This document shows, piece by piece, positions 29,634 through 37,523 of a stretch of DNA of 64,000 bases. The notes under the pieces were generated by a model that saw only the letters and a program-made list of their open reading frames with translations, made no database searches and was not told the origin of the DNA. Position numbers and translations under genes: made by a program. Origin of the DNA: Longimicrobiales bacterium. Lineage in GTDB: Bacteria > Gemmatimonadota > Gemmatimonadetes > Longimicrobiales > Gaopeijiaceae. The stretch lies in the NCBI GenBank assembly GCA_965203485.1, contig OZ241892.1, forward strand, positions 1,440,001-1,504,000. The letters run 5' to 3'. Position 1 is the first letter of the stretch, and every line of letters starts with the position of its first letter.

Positions 29634-31295
29634 TCACTCGGAGTCCCTGAGCACCGGGAACAGAATCACGTCGCGGATCGACGGCTGGCCCGTCAGCAGC
29701 ATCACGAGCCGGTCGATGCCGATGCCCACGCCCCCCGTCGGCGGCAGTCCGTGCTCGAGCGCCTGCACGTAGTCTTCGTCCACCTCGTGCGCTTCGCGGT
29801 CCCCGGCCGAGCGGAGCGCCGCCTGCGCGCTGAAGATCTCGGCCTGCTCCGTCGGGTCGTTGAGCTCGCTGAAGGCGTTGGCCAATTCCTGGCCGCCCAC
29901 GAAGAGTTCGAATCGCTCGGCCAGCGCCGGCGCCCCTCGCTTCGGCTTGGCCAGCGGACTCATCTCCCGAGGATGGTCCACGACGAACGTGGGCTGCACG
30001 AGGCGGGGCTGGACCAGCGCGCCGAACAGCTTGTCGAGCAGCTTGCCCGTGCCGGCGCCGTCCAGGGCGGGCAATCCGTGGCGCCGGGCGGCCGCGCGAA
30101 GCTCTTCGCGAGCGGCCCGCAGGGGCGCGAAACCCAGGGCCTCGCCGAGGGCGTCCACGAACGACAGCCGCGCGTACGGCGGCTCCAGGTCTATCTCGGA
30201 GCCTTCCCAGGAAAGGCGCGGGCCGTCGCCGTCCAATGCCGCCAGCCTTGAGACCAGCGCCTCGACGAGCCCCATCATCTCCTCGTAGTCGGCGAATGCC
30301 TGATAGAACTCGAGCATCGTGAATTCGGGGTTGTGGAACCGGTCGATGCCCTCGTTGCGAAAGTCCTTCGATATCTCGTAGACTCGGTCCAGGCCGCCCA
30401 CGATGAGCCGCTTGAGGTAGAGTTCGTCGGCGATCCTCAGGTAGAGAGTACGGCCGAGCGAACGGTGCCTGGTGACGAACGGCTCGGCCGCCGCGCCGCC
30501 GTAGACGGGTTGCAGGACCGGCGTCTCGACCTCCACGTACCCCAGCTCGTCCAGAAACCTGCGCGTCTCCGAGACGATGCGCGCCCGCGTGCAAAACACG
30601 TCGCGAACCTCGGGATGCACCGCCAAGTCGGCGTACCGCCTCCGGTAGCGCGCTTCCTGGTCGGCCAGCGCCGAGTGCCCCGAGCGTCGTCCGGTCTCCT
30701 TGTCGACGCCCGACTTTCCCAGCGGCAACGGGCGCAGGCACTTGGCCAGGAGACGCAGGCGGTCGGCTCGCACGGTGACTTGGCCCATCCGCGTGCGGAA
30801 GACCGTGCCGGCCGTCTCGATCCAGTCGCCCAGGTCGAGCAAGGCCAGCAGCTCCCATCCGTCCTCGCCGAGAGCGTCCCGCCGCAGGTGGACCTGAATG
30901 CGTCCCGTCCGGTCCTCCAGGTCGGCGAACGCGCTGCCGCCGTGCGACCGCAACGCCACCATGCGACCTGCCCACGTGCCGTCGTGCCCGCCCTCCTCCA
31001 CCGTGCCCGCCGCTTCCGCCTCTTCGAACTTCGCGATGGAGGGCGCGGCGTGGAGGTCGGCCGACGAGGAATACGCGTACGGCTCGACTCCCAAGCGGCG
31101 AAGCGTCTCGAGCTTTTCCCGACGTGCCCGCATCATCCTCGGGAGCGCGTCGGCGCCGTCCTCCGTCCGGCTTTGGTCCGCGGGTCTGCCGCCGCACCGT
31201 TCGGCCCTCCCGGCGGCTTGGCGCTCCCCCGTCGCCGATGCCCCGTGATCATCGCCGCGGCCGTTCCCGCGGCCCCTCTCGCCTTCGTCCGTCAT
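29634..31295 (-). CDS. lysS: Lysine--tRNA ligase, class II
   Basis: YRRRYADL, EVETPVLQ, YLRIADELYLKRLIVGG, FRNEGID, HNPEFTMLEFY, ANAFSELND and GIGIDRLVMLL. ATG at 31295 overlaps the prfB stop; an alternative start lies near 31136. Confidence 0.95.
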   Translation of the reverse strand: MTDEGERGRGNGRGDDHGASATGERQAAGRAERCGGRPADQSRTEDGADALPRMMRARREKLETLRRLGVEPYAYSSSADLHAAPSIAKFEEAEAAGTVEEGGHDGTWAGRMVALRSHGGSAFADLEDRTGRIQVHLRRDALGEDGWELLALLDLGDWIETAGTVFRTRMGQVTVRADRLRLLAKCLRPLPLGKSGVDKETGRRSGHSALADQEARYRRRYADLAVHPEVRDVFCTRARIVSETRRFLDELGYVEVETPVLQPVYGGAAAEPFVTRHRSLGRTLYLRIADELYLKRLIVGGLDRVYEISKDFRNEGIDRFHNPEFTMLEFYQAFADYEEMMGLVEALVSRLAALDGDGPRLSWEGSEIDLEPPYARLSFVDALGEALGFAPLRAAREELRAAARRHGLPALDGAGTGKLLDKLFGALVQPRLVQPTFVVDHPREMSPLAKPKRGAPALAERFELFVGGQELANAFSELNDPTEQAEIFSAQAALRSAGDREAHEVDEDYVQALEHGLPPTGGVGIGIDRLVMLLTGQPSIRDVILFPVLRDSE

Positions 31296-32408
31296 CGGGC
31301 CGCCTCCGCGCCGAACTTCTTGAGAAACGCCTCGATGAAGGCGTCCAGGCGCCCGTCCATCACGGCCGCCACGTTGCCCTCCTTGAGTTCGGTGCGGTGA
31401 TCGTTGACCATGGTGTACGGCGCGAAGACGTAGGAGCGGATCTGGTTGCCCCACGCGATCTCCGTCTTGGACGCCTCCAGCGCCTGCTTCTCCTTCTCGC
31501 GCTCTTCCTTGGCTCTCTGATAAAGGGCCGCCTTCAACATCTTCATGGCCGTCGAACGGTTCTTGTGCTGGGAACGCTCCTGCTGGCACGAGACCACGAT
31601 GCTCGAGGGCTCGTGCGTGATGCGGATAGCCGAGTCGGTCTTGTTCACGTGCTGGCCCCCGGCGCCGGACGCGCGGAAGGTGTCGATGCGAAGGTCGCCC
31701 TCGTCGATTTCGATCTCGATCTCGTCGTCCACGACCGGGTAGACGAACACGGACGCGAACGACGTGTGGCGGCGCGACTGCGAGTCGAACGGCGAGATGC
31801 GCACCAGCCGGTGGACGCCCTTTTCGGCCCGCAGATAGCCGTAGGCGTGGTCGCCGGCGACCTCCAGCGCCGCGCTCTTGAAGCCGCCGTCGTCGCCGGC
31901 CTGCACGTCGAGCACCGACACGTCGCAACCGCGCCGCTCCGCCCACCGGGAATACATGCGAAAGAGCATGCGCGCCCAGTCCTGCGACTCGAGCCCTCCA
32001 GCGCCCGGATGAATGACCAGCATGGCGTCGCGATGGTCGTCCTCGCCCTGCAACATGGTCCTGAGCTCGAGGCGGTCCAAGCCGGATTCGAGCTTCTCGA
32101 CGCCTTCCCGCCACTCGTCCGCGAACTCGGCGTCCTCGTCCTGGCCGAGCAGGATGCCGAACTCGCGCAGTTCGGCGGCTTCCGCGCGGAGTTCTCGCCA
32201 CGGCTCCACCCACGCCTTGAGGCGATTCGCTTCGCCGATTACGGCCTGTGCGCGCTGCCGGTTGTCCCAGAAGCCCGGCCTGGCCATCTCTTCGTCCAAG
32301 ACCGCGATTCGACTGCTGCGCGCATCGACGTCAAAGATACCCCCGAAGCTCCTCGATCCGGCGGATCGCCGCCCCGAGGCGCTGGTTCGTTTCTTGTGGA
32401 GCGGGCAT
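31292..32408 (-). CDS. prfB: Peptide chain release factor 2 (371 aa), translated via a programmed +1 frameshift
   Basis: 25-codon leader MPAPQETNQRLGAAIRRIEELRGYL, then CTT-TGA-C; the +1 frame continues DVDAR...PGFWD...RISPF...GAGGQHVN...WGNQIRSYV. Confidence 0.96.
32330..32344 (-). promoter_or_regulatory. prfB autoregulatory +1 frameshift site
   Basis: Minus strand GGGGG-TAT-CTT-TGA-C: an internal SD-like run 3 nt upstream of the CTT TGA C slippery site. Confidence 0.95.
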
Positions 32409-32567
32409 GAGAATGTTCCGTGCGGGCGTCGTTGGGAGAGGCGATGGGGCGCGTGGCCGGCGCCACGGCCTGGTTGCGCGCGCGCAAGGGTTGCGCGAGG
32501 ACCTCAAAGATACGCGAGCGCCCGGCGCCGACGGACCAAGCCGTGACGGCCCGCGATCCAGCTCGTT

Positions 32568-33683
32568 TCAGCGGGTGCGCGCGGCGACCACGACGCCGAG
32601 GCGGCCGCCGGGCAACGCGGCGATTCGGGCGGCGACGAACCCGTCCAAGGCGCTGGCCACGTGGTTGGCCAAGACGATCCACAGGGCGCGTCTTGCCTCG
32701 CCGAACAGTCTGTCGCTGCGGCCGATCAGCCGGGCGAAGCGCCTGCGCTCGTCCGGTCCCCGCCAGGCCCAGAGAAATTGGGGTCTTTGCGCGCGGCGCC
32801 GGTAGTAGTCCAGCGCCCGCTCGAAGCCCGGCGACTGCTCGCCGTCGTCCAAGCTCACCTCGTGCAACGCGGTCGCGAGCGCCCATATCCACCCGTTGTA
32901 GGTGGCAGGGTCGGTCTCCGGCTGGAGGCCCGGACGCGACGAATCGCCGTCCCACGCGCCCGACGCGCTCCAGTGGGCCATCGCCTCGTAGTACTCGAAG
33001 CCGCCGTCGAGCCGGTCTCCCCGGCCCACGCCGCGCCGCGCCGCGTTCCACGCCAAGTCCCGGTAGCCCCGCCGCGCGTCCCTCGCTTCGCTCCGCCGCG
33101 CGCCGTACGCGGCCGCAAACAACACCTCCGCTCCCGCGTACGCGATCCAGCGGCGCGAACCCAGCCGGTACTGCGCCAAGCCGGGCACGACCAGCGAGGA
33201 CAGGAAGGCATCGCCTTCGCCGATGATGCGCCCATTCCGCCCGATCTCCGCTACGCCCGAGCACGCAGGCAAGCCCGCTCTCATCGTGCCTGCGACGCGT
33301 GCACGGAACTCGCCGGCTTCGTCTCCCCGGACGGGCCGGACTGGCGCGGACGTGGCTTTCCCCTTCTCCGCGCCGCATTCCGCGCCGAAGCGCCCGGCCC
33401 CGGGTCGGAGCCGCGTCAGGACGGCGACCGCGAGAGGCTCTCCGGACGGCGCGTCCGAGCCGCGACCTCGCGACCAAGCCGCCCCTGCTGCGACCGCCAA
33501 GTCGGCAGGCAAGCCCGGCTTCCAGCGGTCTCCCAGCCGCCACGCGCCGGGCGCTGGGCCCACGGCCTGCGCAGGCGGGCTCCCGGAAAGGCCCGCCGCC
33601 TCCGCGCCCAGCGGGACCGCAAGTACGCCGAAAGTCACCAGCGCCACCGGAGCGCGAGCAAGCCCACGCCGAGCGCGCCGCAC
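32568..33683 (-). CDS. Hypothetical exported/membrane protein upstream of prfB
   Basis: Protein-like C-terminal half: AFLSSLVVPGLAQYRLG...YRDLAW...DGGFEYYEAM...YNGWIW...FLWAW...LANHVASALDGFVAAR. A signal-peptide-like stretch (VRRARRGLARAPVALVTFGVLAVPLGAEA) follows GTG 33683. Start is uncertain; the frame is open to 34073. Confidence 0.7.
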   Translation of the reverse strand: MRRARRGLARAPVALVTFGVLAVPLGAEAAGLSGSPPAQAVGPAPGAWRLGDRWKPGLPADLAVAAGAAWSRGRGSDAPSGEPLAVAVLTRLRPGAGRFGAECGAEKGKATSAPVRPVRGDEAGEFRARVAGTMRAGLPACSGVAEIGRNGRIIGEGDAFLSSLVVPGLAQYRLGSRRWIAYAGAEVLFAAAYGARRSEARDARRGYRDLAWNAARRGVGRGDRLDGGFEYYEAMAHWSASGAWDGDSSRPGLQPETDPATYNGWIWALATALHEVSLDDGEQSPGFERALDYYRRRAQRPQFLWAWRGPDERRRFARLIGRSDRLFGEARRALWIVLANHVASALDGFVAARIAALPGGRLGVVVAARTR

Positions 33684-34273
33684 TGCGATGCTCGTCCGAA
33701 GCGCCCGCCACCACGCCGTCGCACCGCTCGGCAGCCGCGGCGCCAGGAACGCGGCGAAGATCACGGCGGCGGCCGACGGGTGCGTCGCCGTGTTGTGCCC
33801 ATACTCTCCTCTCCGTGACGCCAACGGCGGAAACAGGAGCGTGGCCGCCCGGGAGCATTGCATCGAGTCGCGGTGTAGAAGGTAAGCACGAGGCCGGCCA
33901 GGCGCCCTGTCGGCCGCGCCCGACCCTTGGAAGTCGCCTTTGGCGGACGGCACGGCGCGGACCGTGAAGCCGTGCGCCGCCCGCGCCATCGACGCCTTGA
34001 AGAGGGCCGCGAAAGATGCTTGACCATCCGCGGGGTGGCGAGGATCGACGACCACTCGGAGACCTCGTTGCAACCTTTTCGCGGTTCGTCGGGATTAATG
34101 AATGAAGTTCGCCGACGCGGAAGTCGGGCGTCGGTGGCGTCGCGGGCCGCCGAAGCTGATCGGCCCCCCGACCGGGATGGGCCTCGGTTACCGGAGGCGA
34201 CGCAAGTCAGTTGCAGTGCCGTTGGGGATTCCCCCCTTCGGAACATTCACTTCCGACCAACGGAGGAAGCATC

Positions 34274-34495
34274 GTGAACAAGAAGCTCCTCGGAGTGATC
34301 GGCGCCGGGTTCTTCCTGGCGCTGGCGCCCGTTGCGGTCGACGTGGACACGTCCGGCCGCGCGGTGGTTCGGCTCGACGGAGCGTGCGGGCAGGCGACGG
34401 GTTGCACCATCAACACCAACGCCCTATGCTCCATGCACAACGGGAACGAGCGGGGCTACGAGTGCAGGACGGGTTGCGAGAACACCGAGACCTGA
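34274..34495 (+). CDS. 73-aa secreted cysteine-rich peptide precursor
   Basis: GGAGG at 34262-34266, 7 nt before GTG 34274. Sequence MNKKLLGVIGAGFFLALAPVAVDVDTSGRAVVRLDGACGQATGCTINTNALCSMHNGNERGYECRTGCENTET*: KK plus hydrophobic signal, five Cys in the C-terminal half, GC3-biased codons. Confidence 0.85.
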   Translation: MNKKLLGVIGAGFFLALAPVAVDVDTSGRAVVRLDGACGQATGCTINTNALCSMHNGNERGYECRTGCENTET

Positions 34496-34502
34496 TGGCG
34501 CT

Positions 34503-34592
34503 GGAGGAGGGATCGCGAGCCAGAGGGGCTGTCGCCTTGTCGTGCAGGCTCGCGACTCCTCCGTGCACCTGAGCGTTCTTCACCACGGAGGA
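34503..34592 (+). promoter_or_regulatory. Intergenic stem-loop with an alternative anti-Shine-Dalgarno pairing
   Basis: GGAGGAG (34503-09) pairs with CTCCTCC (34556-62) and TCGCGAGCC (34513-21) with GGCTCGCGA (34547-55). Alternatively TCCTCCGTG (34557-65) pairs with CACGGAGGA (34584-92), which contains the next gene's RBS. Confidence 0.6.
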
Positions 34593-34597
34593 AGACC

Positions 34598-35749
34598 ATG
34601 ACGTGCCGAAGGGGGTTCATAGTATTGATGTGCGCGACAATGACCACAGCTTGCCAACCCGACCAAGCAGACGACCGCGCCCGTCGGGACGACGCCGAAT
34701 GGCTGGCCGTCGAGGAGGTCCCCTTAAGCTACGGCGCCACCGAAGGTGTCCGGACGATGGAGTCGGCGGCGCCCGGTCCCGGGCAGAGGGACACCCTCGT
34801 CGTCGTCGCCGAGTACGGCGATTCCACGACGTTCGGCGACGTGCAGGCGATCTTCGAGACGCCGCGTCACCTCGTGGTTGCCGACAGGCGCTCGTCGCCG
34901 CATGTCGCAGTGATGGATCGCGCTACGAAGTCGATTACCCATTGGATTGGCGAGCATGGGAGCGGCAGTCGGCAGTTCTCCGATCCAGCCGGATTCGACC
35001 GCGTTGCGGGCCGAGACGACCGAGCGTGGGTGCACGACTTCAGCAACCGACGGCTGTCGTTGCTGGAGGTGAGCACCGAAGGCAAGGCGGTTGTCATCGG
35101 CGAGGTCCCTCTTCGAATTCGCCAAGACATGGAAAACGTTTCCTGGATCGGAGACTCGATTGTCGCAACCGCTCTCGGAAATCTCGCAACGATCGTGTTT
35201 TTCGACGAGGACGGCCATCCTTCTTCCCGCGTCTCTCTGATGGAGCCTTTCAGCAACGACGAAGTGCCGCATGCCACGGGTAGATTCATGCTAAATCGCG
35301 CATCCATGGCTGTGCACCCGCAAGGCCTGGGAATCGCCTTGGGCTACTATTCGTCTGCGGATATCTTTCTGCTTGATCGCACGGGCGTCCCCAGCGTTGC
35401 AGTTAGAGGCCGATACGAGGTCGATGTCCGTTATCGTCTTGCAAATGGCAGGTTCTCCTGGAGCGACGGCAACCAATACGGTCATACGCGGCTAATGGCC
35501 ACTTCGGATCACATTATTGCCTTCTATTGCGGATGTACGTACCGCTACCCCGTCGCGGGCGCCCGAAAAGCGGAGTCGAAACGAGACCCGAGCCTGCACG
35601 TCTATACCTGGTCCGGCGAGTTCGTCGGCGAGTACTACTTTGGCGCCGACGTGTTGGCCTCTTCGCTGGCGGTCAGCCGGGACGGCAACTCCATATTCGG
35701 CGCCGTCAGCGATCCGTACTCGCGAGTCGTGCAGTGGAAGTTTCCGTAA
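34598..35749 (+). CDS. Lipoprotein, TolB-like/BF3164-type six-bladed beta-propeller (383 aa)
   Basis: GGAGG RBS; lipoprotein-like signal ending MTTA-C; NHL-like GEHGSGSRQFSDP...WVHDFSNRRLS; C-terminal LHVYTWSGEFVGEY...LAVSRDG..IFG...DP..RVVQW. Confidence 0.8.
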   Translation: MTCRRGFIVLMCATMTTACQPDQADDRARRDDAEWLAVEEVPLSYGATEGVRTMESAAPGPGQRDTLVVVAEYGDSTTFGDVQAIFETPRHLVVADRRSSPHVAVMDRATKSITHWIGEHGSGSRQFSDPAGFDRVAGRDDRAWVHDFSNRRLSLLEVSTEGKAVVIGEVPLRIRQDMENVSWIGDSIVATALGNLATIVFFDEDGHPSSRVSLMEPFSNDEVPHATGRFMLNRASMAVHPQGLGIALGYYSSADIFLLDRTGVPSVAVRGRYEVDVRYRLANGRFSWSDGNQYGHTRLMATSDHIIAFYCGCTYRYPVAGARKAESKRDPSLHVYTWSGEFVGEYYFGADVLASSLAVSRDGNSIFGAVSDPYSRVVQWKFP

Positions 35750-35787
35750 CCCGCAAGCATGAACTCCTCTTCCAAGGACGTGCGACG

Positions 35788-36990
35788 ATGAACACTCGCC
35801 TTTTTTCGGTCCTGCTCTGTTGCGGCTTGGCGGCTTCGTGCGGAGACGACAACAGCTCGCATGCTCTTGCGTGTGCTGTTGCGGACAGCGCGGGCGTCCA
35901 GCTCGTTTCGAACTCGGCGCAGTTAGACGCCGAAGCGGCTAGGAGCTATGCGGCATCGCCGTCGGCGTCTCTTGGGGCCGGCGCGGCGGCGACCGACGGA
36001 CGCCCCCCGCTCTCCCGGGTTAGAGACGCAACGCGGCTTCAAGACGGGACCGTCGTGGTGGCTGACGGAGGGTCGGCGTCGCTCGTAGTGTTCGACGCGG
36101 ATGGGTCGCATGCCGACACCTGGGGCCGCAAGGGGCAAGGCCCCGGCGAGTTCACCGGGCTGGCCTCCGTTGCGAGCTGGCGGGGCGACTCGATTGCGGC
36201 CTGGGACATGTGGCAGAACCGCGTTTCGGTCTTTGACGACGGGGGCATCTTCGGCCGGTCATTCCGTCTTCTGCCGACCGAGGAAAGCGCCCCCCGCGTG
36301 ATCGACGTCAAGGCCGACGGCACAGTATTGGCAGTGATCCTCCCCAGCATCGGGCCGGGCGAGCGCCGTAGCGGCGTCGTGCGCCGAGACCGGGATTACG
36401 TCATCCTCGACGACGAAGGCTACCTCCAGGCGTCGCTGGGCACGTTTCCGGGACCAGAGGGCTACGTGGACTTGTCGGGGGATTTCCTGATGTCTTGGGT
36501 CCTTCCCTTCGGCCGGTCGACGGTCGCGGCGTTCTGGCAGGACTGGGTTGTCGTGGGCACGAACGACCAGTACGAGATACGGAGCTACCGCACCGACGGA
36601 GCGCTTCACCGGCTAGTTCGCCGCAACCACGACGTGGCGTCGCCCACCCAAGCCGACCTCGATGCCCACGTCGAAGCCTTGCTGGCCGACATGCCGAGGG
36701 AGGAACGCGCTGTGCAGGAGGCCAGCGCGGCCAAATTGCCGCTGGTGGACGCCTACCCCGCCTACGGGCGCGTCAGGGGCGATCCTCAGGGACGCTTGTG
36801 GGTGGAGGACTATCGCTTGCCCGGATACGAAGCGCGGACATGGACGGTCTACGACGGCCAGGGATGCGTTCGCGAGGTGGTCGAGCTGCCGGAGGGCCTG
36901 GATGTCTACGAGATCGGCCGGGACTACGTGCTGGGCAAGGCCGTGGACGAGCTGGGCGTCGAACGGGTTCAGCTCTGGCCGTTGCAGTAG
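35788..36990 (+). CDS. Lipoprotein, six-bladed beta-propeller / NHL-like (400 aa)
   Basis: MNTRLFSVLLCCGLAAS-C lipobox, DSAGVQLVSN, WGRKGQGPGEF, GDSIAAWD, DPQGRLWVEDY and DELGVERVQLW. True start is ATG 35788; the track's 35527 start is over-extended. Confidence 0.85.
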   Translation: MNTRLFSVLLCCGLAASCGDDNSSHALACAVADSAGVQLVSNSAQLDAEAARSYAASPSASLGAGAAATDGRPPLSRVRDATRLQDGTVVVADGGSASLVVFDADGSHADTWGRKGQGPGEFTGLASVASWRGDSIAAWDMWQNRVSVFDDGGIFGRSFRLLPTEESAPRVIDVKADGTVLAVILPSIGPGERRSGVVRRDRDYVILDDEGYLQASLGTFPGPEGYVDLSGDFLMSWVLPFGRSTVAAFWQDWVVVGTNDQYEIRSYRTDGALHRLVRRNHDVASPTQADLDAHVEALLADMPREERAVQEASAAKLPLVDAYPAYGRVRGDPQGRLWVEDYRLPGYEARTWTVYDGQGCVREVVELPEGLDVYEIGRDYVLGKAVDELGVERVQLWPLQ

Positions 36991-37523
36991 CCGAAGCTGG
37001 ACGGCCGGGAAGAGGAGGCCATGCAAGGGTAGCGGCCCCGGAGGCGGAAGGGCGCCGACATCACGTCGCATGGTCGCGGCAAGGGTCGGCGTTCCACGAG
37101 CGTGGCGGCAAGCGCCGCGCCCCTTCCCGTTTGTTCAGCAGTTTCGAGGGCCTATTGGGTTGTCGGACGCCGTCGTGTTCGTGGGGTTGCCAGCTCAAAG
37201 CAACCATCGCCCGGGTACGTGTGCCTACGCCAATCATTACTTGGTTGGTCAAGGGTGCCCCGGCGTGCCGGGTGCCGCCGCAACGACCCGTGCTTGGCGA
37301 CTGCCCACGGTCGTCTTCGGCGCATGCCGACGGGCAGGGACGGGGAACGCCCGTCGGGCGAGAGACGCGAGGCCGGCCGACGCCGATGAGCGTCTTTGCG
37401 CGTGCGCACGAGGTTGTTCACCGGGCATGCAAGCAAGGAAACGGTCGCGCCGAAGGGGCCGGTTCAGCGGTTGGCGCGCGCCGACCTCCGGAGCGCTGAA
37501 GGGAAGCAGTCGTCCTTTGGGCG

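Noticed and set aside
13321..32213. Apparent long N-terminal extensions or fusions in the track (1043-aa LpxK, 804-aa LpxC, 640-aa LpxA, 1084-aa ClpC, 859-aa LysS)
   Set aside because: The extensions are out-of-frame reads through upstream genes in high-GC DNA. True starts lie downstream, several at ATGA/GTGA overlaps. Only the LpxC-FabZ fusion is real, and it is a known arrangement.
32504..32512. Second TATCTTTGA upstream of prfB, matching the frameshift motif
   Set aside because: It is intergenic, outside any ORF and lacks the SD-like run. More likely chance or a -10-like element.
34274..34495. Peptide as a classical RiPP (lanthipeptide, ranthipeptide or double-glycine bacteriocin)
   Set aside because: No radical SAM, LanM/LanBC, YcaO or C39 peptidase-transporter gene is nearby, and the leader is Sec-like rather than double-glycine. 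Enzymes acting in trans cannot be excluded.
37012..37032. GAGGAGG followed by ATG-CAA-GGG-TAG
   Set aside because: A three-codon ORF with SD spacing of only 2 nt; no supporting evidence.
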